NCBI RefSeq assembly: GCF_004010195.1
Contig: NC_057719.1
Span: forward strand, 82,165,224 to 82,229,223
Direction: 5' to 3'
Length of the DNA stretch: 64,000 bases
From: Chiloscyllium plagiosum
Lineage: Eukaryota
The position numbers and the translations under genes were made by a program. Shown piece after piece: positions 39,060 through 51,510 of this stretch. Under the pieces are notes generated by a model. That model had not been told where the DNA came from. It saw only the letters and a list, made by a program, of their open reading frames with translations, and ran no database searches. Position 1 is the first letter of the stretch. Each line of letters begins with the position of its first letter.

Positions 39060-39520
39060 ATTCTTTCATGGGATTTGGCATGTCAGTGGCCAGACCTGCA
39101 TTTACTGCCCATTCTAAACTATTCTTGAGGTGGTGAGCTGCTTTTTTTCAACTATCGCAGCACATCTACGGTGCAGATTCCAGGATTTTGATCTAGCTGT
39201 GGTGAAGGAACAGCAACATTCTCTTCCTTGGTGCTAGGACTCATCAGTTTGGAAGGTGCTGTTGAAGGAGCCTGGATTGAGTTATTGGAGTATGTCTTGT
39301 AGATGGTACACACTGTAACTGTGTGCCAGTGGTAGCGGAAGTGAATGTTGAAGGTGTTGATGAAAAGGTCTGCTTTGTCTTGAATAGTGTTGAGGTTCTT
39401 GTGTGATTTTTGGAGCTGATGTTATGGATAGTATTCCATCAGACTCATAACTTCCGCCTTTTAAATGGTGGACAGCCTTTGGGGAGACTGGAAGTGAGTT
39501 ACTCACTGCAGAATTCCAGA
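39060..39520 (-). mobile_element. 3' fragment of the same LINE family
   Basis: gcatttactgcccattctaa...ggtggtgagctgc...ttccaggattttgatc matches 26830-27300. Confidence 0.65.
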
Positions 39521-40187
39521 CACTGAACTTTTTTAGGTGCAGAACCTGAATTCTTCCAAATTCTATTGATACTGTGATCACCTGTCGCTGACCTGTATTG
39601 GTTTTGGGTCCCTCAAGACCTCAGTTTTAAAGTTGTTATCCACATGTTCAAATCTCATTATAACTTCAGCCCTCCCTATATCTGGAGCTTCCTGTAGCCC
39701 TGTAATCCTAAAATCTTTGCACTCAGCAAATTCTAGTCCCAAGAGCGATTCTGACTTTATAGCTGCCCAGAGTGCGGCAATAATCTCCAGCTCTCTTGGA
39801 CGTAAATTTTGGAATTCTCTCACCTCTATCCGTTTTTACTTTTTTGAGATACTTTATCAAACTTAACTGTTTGGGCAAATCATCCTGTGCTAATATTTCT
39901 ATATTTTGAGTTTCAAATTTTGCTTGTTAACTGTCTTGGAAAACTTGGTAACATATTATCAGAATCAATTCAATCCATACCACTGACCAAAATATCAGAT
40001 TTGTTGGCCAGCAAGAATACCTATAGTAAATAACAAGCTTGCATTTCTGTAGTACCTTTCATGATGTTAGGAGATCATAGAGTGCTTTATGGAGAAAGTG
40101 AGGTCTGCAGATGCTGGAGATCAGAGCTGAAAATGTGTTGCTGGAAAAGCGCAGCAGGTCAGGCAGCATCCAAAGAACAGGAGAATC

Positions 40188-40215
40188 GACGTTTCGGGCA
40201 TAAGCCCTTCATCAG
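40188..40215 (-). ncRNA. Minimal type I hammerhead ribozyme core, canonical CUGAUGA
   Basis: Minus strand reads CTGATGA-A-GGGC-TTAT-GCCC-GAAAC-GTC, in the same sense as the GIY-YIG frame. Confidence 0.78.
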
Positions 40216-40225
40216 GAATGAGGAA

Positions 40226-40657
40226 AAGGCGGAAGATGAGGCGCTCTTCCTCCAACCGTCGTGTTGTTGTGGTCTGGCGGTGGAGGAGTCCACAGACCTG
40301 CATATCCTTGGTGGAGTGGGAGGGGGAGTTGAAGTGTTGAGCCACAGGGTGGTTGCGTTGGTTGGTCCGGGTGTCCCAGAGGTGTTCTCTGAAGCGCTTT
40401 GCAAGTAGGCGGCCTGTCTCCCCAATATAGAGGAGGCCACATTGGGTGCAGCGGCTGCAATAGATAATGTGTGTGGAGGTGCAAGTGAATTTCTGGCGGA
40501 TATGGAAGTTTCCTTTGGGGCCTTGGAGGAAGGTGAGGGGGGAGGTGTGGGCGCAAGTCTTACACCTCCTGCGGTTGCAGGGGAAGGTGCCGGGAGTGGA
40601 GGTTGGGTTGGTGGGGGGTGTGGATCTGACGAGGGAGTCACGGAGGGAATGGTCTTT
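40226..40657 (-). pseudogene. Penelope-like GIY-YIG endonuclease fragment (stop-free frame, no start, RT missing)
   Basis: Hand translation from 40657: KDHSLRDSLVRS...PGTFPCNRRRCKTCAH...QGPKGNFHIRQKFTCTSTHIIYCSRCTQCGLLYIGETGRLLAKRFREHL...HPVAQHFNSPSHS...RRLEEERLIFRL. IIY...YIG, the R..EH motif and Cys/His ligands are typical of PLE endonucleases. Confidence 0.9.
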
Positions 40658-43159
40658 ATAGCTTTATAGAGTGCTTTATAGCTATGAAATACTTTGAAAG
40701 TGTAGTTACTTGGAGCTGTTGAGGTAGGTGACTAAAATCTTGGCCTGAGTGATAACCTTTCAAAGCCATCTTAGAAGTGAGGTGGAGAGTCAAGTTTGGA
40801 ACTTCAAATCTGGATGGCTGAAAAGGGAGTAGGGGATGAGCAAGTGTCGTGATATTGAGAGATGCAGGTGTCTTGAAGGGTCAAATGGCAAGACAAAGTT
40901 AGATTTTGGAGCTAGAAGTTGTGTGCGTGAACCTGTGGAAAAGTTTCAACATGAGGGTGAGAATTTAAAAATTTGGTGTTCTAGATTAGCTGTTCATGAG
41001 GCTGAAGTACAGTGATCATCTCTGTCATGGGGGAACACAACTTCGTATAGATTAGGATATGTAAAGCAGAGTTTCAGATGATCTTCAGTTTACACAGTGA
41101 AAGTAAAAAGCCAGCAAGGCAAATGTTGAAGTAATCTTGATTGGAGTTAAGAAAATCATGAATCAGTTGAGACAGCAGATTGGCTAGATCAGGATCAGAG
41201 GGGCTGTGCTCCAGAATTGGAGATATATGGTCTTTGTATTGTTGACCTTGCGAAATTCGGAGCTTGGTTCTTGGTTAAATAGATTAAAAGAGTTTGTAAA
41301 CAGACTTGTGTACCATAAGATGGTGGCTAGAAAGGAATGGAATTTATTGGTAAAGGTTTCAGAAGAATTAAAAAGTTACTTGCAAGCTGTTAGTATACCA
41401 ACTTCAGTAAACTCTGCAGTCATGAAATATATACCAGGTTTATTTTCAAGTTCTATATTGTGAGTTAAAACTCTGGATTTTGTACCCATTTGAAGAAAGA
41501 TTTCACCCAAAAAAACAACAGCCTACTAGGTTTTACACCATCTTGACTTAACTAAGTATTGTCCTTTCTTCATAGCCATTAGGTCATAGTGCCTGGAACA
41601 CTCTCTTCACACAATCATGGGACTCTGTTGTTGCTAGGACTGTAATAGTTGAAGAAAGTGACCTATCATCTTTGGTCACCAAGATTGGCTAATAACTGTA
41701 GCCTTGTCAGCAAAATCCATGTTCTGCAAACAGTGATTTGTTTAAACATTAAAAAAGCAGCCAGTTTCATTTGTTGTATTTGAATGACTAGAGGTGCAAA
41801 ATCATTTGGGATTGGATTTCAATTGGAATGAGGGAAAGAGAAGGCAAGAAGTGAAATTGTCATGCACAGATATGAATATATTCCAATCTAAGAGGTAATA
41901 TCCAGTTTAACTTTTAATGAGAGCCTCTCTGGATTTGACACTTATTACCCAAGTGGCTAAAAATTGCTGAAGTTTGAAAAATGCTTTGCAGACTGTAGCC
42001 ATTAAGTATAGTACGATATTTGCTCTTCACCACCCATGTTGCATTAAAAACGATAAAGGGGCCGGAAAGCTTGAGATGAGCATCCCAGTGATGCCTTCAG
42101 GTTAAAGTTTTAACCTTGATTATAGCTGCCACTCCTTTACAAACTATGAATTTAAATATTAATAAATATGTAGCTATTAGCTAGGTGTATCTGTGCATGT
42201 CTGTTTTGTTCTAACTGGTATGTGTCATATACTACATATGGAACTATTGATGATAATTACAGTCTATATCTTTCAACAGGCTCTAAATTAATGCTTGTAG
42301 ATTTTCTTCCTTGGAATGACATAAAATGCCGTGTGCTGTGAGTGGTCAAATCTGAATATTCCTGCATGTTGATAAGAGCTAACAAAAAATTGCCTCCAAG
42401 CTCCTCAGGAATCTGATTTATTTTGACAAAGATGATTCTCAGCATGTTCTCATTGCCCATCTCTCTCGTTCCTGAAGTGATGATAGTGTGCTGTTGCTGT
42501 CAACTACTGGAATGTAGAGATTTGGTACAACTGGGAGGTTTGCTGGTTCATTTCAGATTTACTCTTAAATACTGTCAGTCACATTGTAGAATTGGAGTCA
42601 CGAATAGGTCAGGCAGCACAAGGGTGTTGTGTTTCCCTCCCTAAAAGATGTTAATTAACCAAACTTAATCCAAATTGCATCAAGCATTCATGATGTGAAC
42701 ATGCTGGAAAAACTCAGCCAGGCAGCATTTGTGGAGACAGATATAGTTAACCTTGTAGATCAGGTTTCCATCATTTGCAACATATTGTTTTCATATTATG
42801 AGGCAAGACTTTTGGATTACTCATTGAGTAACAACCAAAAATGACTGCATCCTCCTTGTGTTTAAGATTCTTCAGTATCATTGCAGAATAACTTCCTTCC
42901 ACCTTATTGTTACGTTAGGGTTTTAAGTGTAGTCGCAATGGTAATGGAGGAAATGCAACAGCAAATTTGTATGCAGCAAGCTCCTGCAGATAGTTATGTC
43001 ATGATTAGAACAATTAATCTGTTCTGTTGGTGTTTGTTGATGGCACAATAATGACCAAGATACCCGGAGAATGCCCTAATCTGTGAATAGTGGCATGAGC
43101 TCTACTTGTTGCCCAACAAAAAGACAAGACCATGCTTTAAAATCAACAAGGAATGTATC

Positions 43160-43499
43160 ATAGATCATAGAATCCCTACTGTGTGGAAACAGGCCAAAAG
43201 GCCCAACAAATCCACACCGACCCTCCAAAGAGTCACCCACCCAGACCCATTCCACTACCCTTTTACTTTACGTTTACCCCTGACTAATGCAACTAACCTA
43301 CACATCCCTGAACACTGTGGGCAATTTAGCATAGCCAGTTCACCTAACTAGCACACTTTGGACTGTGGGAGGAAACTGGAGCACCTAGAGGAAATCCAAG
43401 CAGACAGGGAGAATGTGCAAATTCCACAAATCGCCTGAGGCAGGAATCGAACCCGGGTCCCTGGCACTGTGAGGCAGCAGTGCTAACCATTGTGCCATC
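43160..43499 (-). mobile_element. HE1-type V-SINE
   Basis: Similarity to other copies; tRNA-like head at the right end. Confidence 0.85.
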
Positions 43500-45315
43500 A
43501 CTGTGACACTCCTTCATAATACTTTTGGACTGTTGGCTTTGGTTATTGGTGGTTCAGTTCTTGAAGCAGAGTTGCCAGTTGAGTCAGACTAGAGTCAAAC
43601 AATATGCTTGTCACAGATTTTTAGATCTGATCGGGGTGGGGTTGTGTTTGGCCTTAAAACCCTCCAGGAGAGAAAAATGAAGCGGAACTCCAGATTACTC
43701 ATCCTAGTAATCTGTACTATACCTACCTGATTTGTATCACATCAAGACAGTCACTCGCACTGTAAATAGGGATCTGAGAAAAACTAGCCAGAGTGTGATG
43801 AAAATATGGAACTCCATACATGAAGTAGATGGGATGAATAACAGAAATGTTTGAAGAGTGGCATGGAAAAGAGACATGTGCGAGGCAGAGCCGCCAGCAT
43901 GGGCTTGTTTAGCTGAATAGCCTGTTTTGTGTTATGTCATAAAGCATGTGGATGCTGGGTGAAGAGAAGATTGCATTCTACTTCCATAGCCTGATAGGTG
44001 GTCAAATAATGTCACCACATGAAGAATAGCCCATTTTCCTGGAGAGGAGTAACAGTATATAAGGAAACAGTGTTGTGGCTTCAGAGCTGAGGCCAAGTGT
44101 TAGAAATGCTGAAAATATCATCTGACCGTCCTGCATAAACAGGGCCTTCAAAACTTGTCTATTGCAATAAAAATATTGGGACTAACAGGTACAGCAGGTG
44201 TTTTTCTTTAAAAAAAAAAAATTCCTTTTGGTGGTATGTACAAATCATAATGTCTGTCGTTCTTCAAAGTTGAAAAATAAACCTAAAGTGGGATTGCTAA
44301 ATGGATATATGCTGGAAATTTGGATGCAGTCCAAAATCAGAGCAATTCTGGCTGTTGTCTTCAAATTGGTGCCAATTCTTTTATGCCTACCTATACATAT
44401 AATTCCATTCAGAATTTTAGACTACTCCCTTCTACCTCTCTAGTAAATCATATTCTGCAGCCAATTTTTCAATTTAACTATTTTTCAGTTCAAATAGTCA
44501 CTTGACAGCACTATTCTTGAACATTACTGAAAAGAGAGATATGTTGCGAGAGGTTTTTTTTTTAAGTTCTTTCTCCCTGTTTGCAGCCAAACCAGACAGA
44601 AGGCAATGTGTTGTAGGTAATATTGAGATTGTAGTTGACTCCAGTTTTTTAATTAGTGCTTACATTGTACTTTCTTCTTGACTGAGCCTCAAAGCGAAAT
44701 GCAAGTGAAACTTAGTCTGTAAACCCATGTCTGCGTTGTTGTCTGAAAGTGAAGTTATAGCTGTTTACTCCATTCCATCTGGAAATTTTTATATATATAG
44801 TAAGCCTCTTCTGCTGACTGACTTAATGCTTCTGTCCAGTATGGTATTGACTCATGGCCCACCAAGCACAAATTGAGTTTAGAGTATGTTGCATTAACTT
44901 CTCTCAACCAGACTGCTGGTACTGAACTTTAGCAGCAAGGTGCACTTTCAATTAAAACAGTGACTTAAGCTGCAAGGATTTTTAGGACCCTGCTACCATG
45001 TTCCTAAATTGTAACAAGTCCTACTTACCCACTTTAGTCATTTGTCTAAGTGGGCTCACGTCTGGCAATCACTGTCTTCATGATCAAATGTTTGCCTTTA
45101 GCCTTCGAGTGCATTCTCTCCCTCACTGTTCCCTCTCTGTCCCCCCCCCCCCCCCCCCATGCACCCTCTGTCATACTCTCTGATCCTAAAAGTTTAATTG
45201 CTGAGCTATCAACATTGTGATATATTCTACATGTGTTATGGTTGTCAGCTTGTGTTCCATCAGAAGAGGAACTATTACGCAGCATTTTACTGGTATTAGT
45301 TCAGACTCCAATAAT

Positions 45316-45660
45316 GGGCAGCACTGTGGTTCAGTGGTTAGCACTGCAGCCTCACAGCGACGGGGACCTGGGTTCAGTTCCAGCCTCGGGTGACTGTCTG
45401 TGTGGAGTTTGCACATTCTCCCAGTGTCTGCGTGGATTTCCTCTGGGTGCTCTGGTTTCCTCCCACCGTCCAAAGACGTGCAGGATAGATATATTGGCCA
45501 TGCTAAATTGCCCAGAGTGTTCAGGGATGTGTAGATTAGGTGCATTAGTCAGAAGTAAATATGGGGTAGGGGAATAGGTCTGGGTGGGTAACTCTTTGGA
45601 GGGTCGGTGTGTACTAGTTGGGCTGAAGAGCCTGTTTTCCACATTGTAGGGTTCTATGAT
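45316..45660 (+). mobile_element. HE1-type V-SINE, full length
   Basis: gggcagcactgtggttcagtggttagcactgc head through to the gttctatgat tail. Confidence 0.85.
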
Positions 45661-46175
45661 ATAATATTTTGGAGTGCGTATGGAAGGAAGACATTGTGAA
45701 ACTACATGCATTTCTATACAACATTTCATAACCTCAGAATGGCCCAGAGCACTTCAAAATCAATAAACGTTTGAGTGTAGTAACATTTGGTAGTAATATT
45801 TGAAAACAAATTTGCCCATGTACAGAGCAAGATCCTACAGATGGTGTAATATGATCAGATTTATTTTGATGAATGTGATTTTAAATATTAGTTAGGGGAT
45901 GAGAGAATTATGTCCTTTTGAATTAAGTCATGGGAGTTTTTTATGTATTGAAGATGACATATAGGACCTCATTCTAACGTTGCATTTGAAATGTAGCATA
46001 TCTGGCATTACAGTGCTCTCTCAGCATAAGTGAAACAGCCACCCTAAATTTTGTGTTCAAGATTCTGAAGTGGAATTTAAAATACATCTGATTCTGAGGA
46101 GGGAGGCTTGAAGGATTCAGTTGGCTATGTTCATATTTTTTTAACATTTCTTCTCCAATCCATTTTCCTTTTCAG

Positions 46176-46335
46176 GGAGAAGTGGAGCTCCTGATTCGTA
46201 AGTGCTATCCTGCAGTTGAAAGGGATGGTGAAGTGATCAAGGTTCGGGACACTGTTTTATTGAAGTCAGGACCCAGAAAGAAGTCCATTCCTTATGTTGC
46301 CAAGGTTTCTGCGCTCTGGGAGGACCCTGCATCAG
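46176..46335 (+). CDS. BAHD1: BAHD1 coding exon 3 (start of BAH domain)
   Basis: Not in the ORF track; translated by hand. Acceptor ttttcAG|gga and donor tcag|GTTAGC; 160 nt, phase 0 to 1. Encodes [53 protein letters not shown]. Confidence 0.95.
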
Positions 46336-47136
46336 GTTAGCCAGTTGATTCAATGAAATGCAAAGCAAGACCTGCAAGGAATACATAGTGCTGCTTTTAG
46401 GACTTTGGAATTCACACAGCACATAGCTATTCCAGATGTTAGCTAAATAGATTTGTTTCTAATATCCTGTCTAGTCTGCTAGTCCTAGTATGGGAGAGAT
46501 CCTGTCTGTAATTGGTGCTGGGGTGGGGGAACGCAAAGGAGAGACAAACTATAAAACTGTTTGGCATTGGGATGGTGGCTGGAAGGTAAGAGTTCCAGCA
46601 TGCACTCAGGCTAACACTGCATTTAAAAGAAAATAAAAGCATTGCTAAGCAAAAATTTATTTGTATGTGTATTTTCTCCCTGTAAAAATAATGAGCAGGT
46701 ATTCTGACCAAAGTGCTCTCCCCTTGGCCCAACTTCCCCTTCTATTTTTTTTCCTTTTCTTTTATATCCAGAAATTCTCTCTCAACTGGAAGGTTTATTT
46801 CCCCATCACCAAATCACCTGTGGTAATTTTTTTAATCTACGAACCGGCAACATTTTATCACGCATGTTTCCAATTGTATAAATTTCATGAAAAGCCCATT
46901 AAACTTCCCCAGTCCATTTAATTCCCTTTTTACTTAGAACTAATGGACTTGGACTGGAAATGGATCTGTGCTGAGAAGTCCTTAAATTGGTATCTCTGAA
47001 TTTTGTATTTTATGAAGGGCCGTGCCTGTGGGAATCTACTGGTGTGTGGTCTGCTATGTAGGGGTGGAGTGTTCCTTTATTACAGTGGGATTGTGGTCTG
47101 ATAACCCATTTGCTTTCCAGGTTTTCCTGACTTCTC

Positions 47137-47270
47137 TCCCCCCCCCCCCCCCCCCCCCCCCAAAGGAAACCTATGCTATTGTAAAATAACGTGTTGTGGA
47201 GGGGGTTGTAAAATAACATGGTGATGGGGGTTGTTCCGTGGTGGGTGGATGGGGGTGAGGAGGGAGGTGA
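47137..47270. repeat. Poly-C tract (~24 nt) followed by G-rich low-complexity sequence with a short imperfect tandem duplication
   Basis: C-run at ~47138-47161; ttgtaaaataac...gggggttgt occurs twice. A second poly-C at 45141-45158. Confidence 0.7.
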
Positions 47271-50109
47271 TTGTCATCTTTAGGTATCAGTTTGGCATTT
47301 CCATCTGCAAGATATTGCTTCAGTATCTGGCCTAGAGGCCAGTAAGAGTCGGCCTCTGCTTTTATAGCCAACAGTTTTGGTTTTTGCAAACCTAAGACAT
47401 GGCCTTTTGTATTGCTTATGAGGGGACAGTTGAGAACTTTCCATAATTGATGTTTCTCCAATACTTCAGTCAGTTAATGGTGGCTTGGGGGCTGTGAAGT
47501 GACGTTTATTGCTTGGGAGGGTTATTGTACTTGTAATAAGATGTCAGGCGAGTTGTGTGAAGCAGATGGCCTGTGGAGTATCACAGTGATTGATGATAAT
47601 CTGGTTTGAGCATTAAGGAGAGCATGAAGGAAATGACACCTCTGCCTCCACGTCCTATTTCTCCCCCCTTTTGTTTGAGTGCTGTCAGTGTCAAGCATGT
47701 TGTGGAGCTTTTGGTTCCTGCATGATAAACCACATTTATCAGCAAATTTGTTGTCTCTCCTCCATATTCTTTTAAGTCCATCCCCTCCCTTACACCTTGT
47801 GCCCTCATAAGCCTTCAACATCTAGTTCTTTTTATTTTGCCAACACCTGAAAGCTAGAGATGGGAATACAGTTTCAGCTCTGCTTTGAATCTGATTCCAG
47901 AAACCTGGCATTATGAGCCTACTCCCAACGTGTGCATGACTGAAATCCAGATTCCGGTTTCTCATCGGTCGTCTGGAGATATGCACTAATGAAATGCAGG
48001 TTGACCAGATTCCAGGACTTTAGTTATGTGTCAGTTTAAAGGTGGTGTGTTGAACTGTTATCATAAAATGATATGACTCAGAAGGCCTACTGTGCCTGTC
48101 CCAGCACTTTGAAATAGCTATTCAGTCTGTTCTACTCCCCTACTCTTTACTGTAGATCTGCAAATGTTTCCTTTTTGCTTCACATGTATACCAAACCTTT
48201 CCTGAAGGTTTGTAACGTGTCTGCTTCTACTAACCTTTCAAGCAGTGCATTCCAGGTTGTAACAGCTCGTTATTTTTTTTTTAAATTCTCATCTCTCTGG
48301 ATTTTAATGTGCTGAGGTTAGTTCAGTTCCCTTGAGCCACAAACAGCAAAGAAATCTGCAGTTGCTTAGTCGTAAATATTTGACACATCTGGCCCCTATG
48401 ATGTTAAGTGGTACTCTCTGCTGTTCAATTGGTAATGTTAAGTATTCATTATAAAGGACCTTATAAATCACTCAGATCTTTGTCAGGATCCAGTAGATGG
48501 AAAAGCCGACGGACCCAGCCCGAGGTGGAGTTGTATAGAGTTTACAGCACAAGAACAAACCATTCAATTGACTGGTGTATGCAACACATGAGTATTCTAA
48601 TCCATTTAAATTAGTACATATTCTTGTGTTCCTTTCCTCCTTGTGCTTGTGTAGCTACAGCATCTAGCTATTCACTTCAGTTATTCCATGTGGTAGCAAA
48701 GTAAACATTTTGATCTTTCCTTGGTGAAAGATGTTTCCCCTGAATTCTTCATTGGATTTATTATCATCATTAATTGTAGTATGTAGTTTTCTCCCTACTG
48801 ATGGAAAGTCTTCTCTGTCAGTACTATCAAACACCTTTTATTATTTTAAAGACTTCTGTGACTTTCAACCTTTTGGGGACCCAGTAGTTTTCTGATGGTC
48901 GGTCTCTCACCATCTCTCCTCTTCCACCTCCCCAAAGTTACCTTCACTTGTAAATCTAAACAAAATGAACTGCTTTGATGCAGCTGGCCACTCCCTTTTT
49001 TTCAGTGCTGCTTCAAATGGATTTGCTACCTCCTGTTCTGACATGTGGAATTTGTTTGGTTAGCTCTGTGGTAGTCAGAAATGAGATCCCATATTCTTAA
49101 TTGGCTTAGTGTGGCAGCAGGTGAGCTTTGACCTCTGCTGTCAACAAGTTTGTCAGTCAGAGGATGCTGGGGATTTGCCTCCAAGTCTGACCTTAACCCT
49201 AACCCACCACCACCACCACCTGATGTGTCATGCTGCTGTTATCATCGGTAGGAGCAGTGACTGCCTAACCATCTCTCTATCTTCATTCTCCCCACATGCT
49301 GTCCATCTCTTTCCTTTTCTCTTTCTCCTCCCCAATTGCTATCAAAAGCTCAAGGTTTTTGTTCTTATGGGTTTCTTGGTAAGCTTGTTTATAATAAGTA
49401 CTTAAGCATTTAAAAATCCATTGTATAAATACATGGAAAGGAGAAAGTTGCATGCTTCTGGGCAAAGAACAAATGGGAATGGGATTAGTTAACTTCAGGT
49501 GCAGTGGACTGATTAGTCTTCTGTGCTTTGACTTCTGTTTCGTTGGCAAGTACCTGGATGATAAATATAAAGCCCTTTGATGTGCAGGCTAAATGCAGAT
49601 CAATCTAACCCCCTGGGTGAAATCTTGTCCATTTCTATTGCTGTACCTTGTTTGTGCAGAGGGTTAAGTACCCCACCCATGTATTTTCAGATTGAACCAA
49701 CAGGGACAATTTTCCATTACAAAACTTAAATATGTTGATTGAGGCCCTTTTGCTTTTTGTTGCTGAGCTATCTGGAATTGTAACTTGTGCCTAGTGAAAG
49801 AGCAAGTGATTTAATGCACCCTACCACCTAAGCACAGGTCTCAGGCATCAAATGCTAATTTTCCTTGTCTGGTTTGGTTGAACATTAGTATTGTCAGCTC
49901 CTAATATGCAGGTCTCATTCTATTGAGTGAACTTGCTGCTAGGAAAATCTAATTCACTGCACTGCCATCTGTGGCTCTGTGAATAGCATTCTTACCTCTG
50001 AGTCAGAAGGTCATGGGTTCAAGTTTCACTCTAGAGACTGCAGCACCTAATGCATGCTAAAAATCCCTATGCCAGTATAGAGAGACAATGCTGTGCTGTG
50101 AAATGGTCA

Positions 50110-51510
50110 AACAGACAAATCATGTTTAACCAACTTGAGTTTTTAGTAGAATAACAAAGGGTTGATGAGGGTAATGTAGTTGATGTGCTCGCTTAGCTAA
50201 AGTGCCATGCAATAGGATTGCTCACAAAGTTGAAACTCTTGTAATAAAGGGGAGAGTGATGGCATGGATGCAAAATAAATCCTAAAATTACACGGTAGGT
50301 CAGGCATCATTTCTAGAGAGAACCTAAAAACTTAACTGTTTAAGGTAACTTTTTGGATGCTAAGTTAGCTTGGTGGCAGGATGCAGTTGTGCGTAATTGT
50401 TTTTTGTGCAGGAAGAAGGTACCCCAGAGGTCAGTACTATACCCACTACTTTTGTTGATACACATTAATGAATTAAACTTATGTACACAATACAGTTTCA
50501 ACATCTACACATGACACAATTTGCAATTAGTTTGAACTGTGAAGAGGGTAGTGATACACTTCGCGAAGGCAGAAAGGTTGGTTTATTGGAAAGACAAATT
50601 ACAGGTGGAATTTAATCCACGTAAGCGTGTCAGGATATATTTTGTAGATGAGTTGTGTTTTTTGTATGCGTGTGCATATACACGTGCACCCTGAAAGGGC
50701 TCAGACCATATTGTGTAGTATATATAACTGTTCTTTATCTCCATTCTGCCTCCCTGTTCTCTTGCACTCCCATGTTATGAAGGTGAAGAGCAGGCGTGGA
50801 AGTGATTAGAAACAAACACTGAGCAGGAGTAGATCTGTGTCATGTGTAGATGTTGAAACTGTATTGTGTACATAAGTTTAATTCATTAATGTGTATCAAC
50901 AAAAGTAGTACTGACCTCTGGGGTACCTTCTTCCTGCACAAAAAACAATTATGCACAACTGCATCCTGCAACTTTGGACCTGCTCCACAATTCAACATGA
51001 TTATGACTGATCCTCTAACTCAATACCATATTCCTGCTTCCTTCCCGTACCCATGATGCCTTTAAAATGGCTTTAAAGATCTATCTCTTTCTTAAATATT
51101 TTCAGTGAGATGGCCTCCACAGCTTTCTGTGGCCAAGAATTCCACAGGTTCGCTACTCTTTGAGTGAAGGAATGTTTCCTCATCTCATTCCTAAATGATC
51201 TACCCAATATCTCTACGACTGAAAAGACACACTGAATCCTGGAGTTTATAAAAGAGGCAGAGTACAAAAGCAAAGTTATTATAATTTTTTTGTAAAACGC
51301 TTTCACCCTCAAATGCAGTGTGTACAAGTCTGGGTGCTGCAGTATGGGAAAGATCTGAAGGCTTTGGAGGAGGTGTAGAGAAAACTTACTGGATTGGTTC
51401 CGAGGATAAGGGACTTCAGTTAGGTGGAGAGATCAAAGAAGCTAAGGCCGTTCTCCCAGGAAAGAGAAAAGTTTGGAAATGGGTCTGATGGAGGTTTTCA
51501 AAATTTCTAG
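50110..51510. mobile_element. Interleaved CR1 remnants in both orientations
   Basis: RT motifs on + (50110-50640, 51240-51510) and a CR1 3' end on - (50815-51215: RNEMRKHSFTQRVANLWNS). Confidence 0.65.
50376..50969. repeat. Near-perfect local inverted duplication (arms 50376-50518 and 50836-50969)
   Basis: Second arm is the reverse complement of the first except one substitution and a 9-bp deletion (tacccacta). Confidence 0.92.

Larger units (their letters stand above)
40091..40665 (-). mobile_element. 5'-truncated Penelope-like element: GIY-YIG endonuclease region plus hammerhead-bearing terminal repeat (copy 7)
   Basis: TSD atagagtgctttat at 40077-40090 and 40666-40679. Terminal repeat near-identical to the mini-elements. 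GC-rich body encodes a GIY-YIG domain. Confidence 0.9.

Noticed and set aside
40159..40669. Several overlapping Pro/Gly-rich ORFs
   Set aside because: Shadow frames of the GC-rich GIY-YIG fragment.
45316..45390. tRNA genes at HE1 and other SINE heads
   Set aside because: A/B boxes are present but no intact cloverleaf, and each continues into a SINE body.
45141..47270. Poly-C tracts and G-rich stretch as functional G-quadruplex elements
   Set aside because: Simple homopolymers, prone to slippage and sequencing error, with no supporting context.
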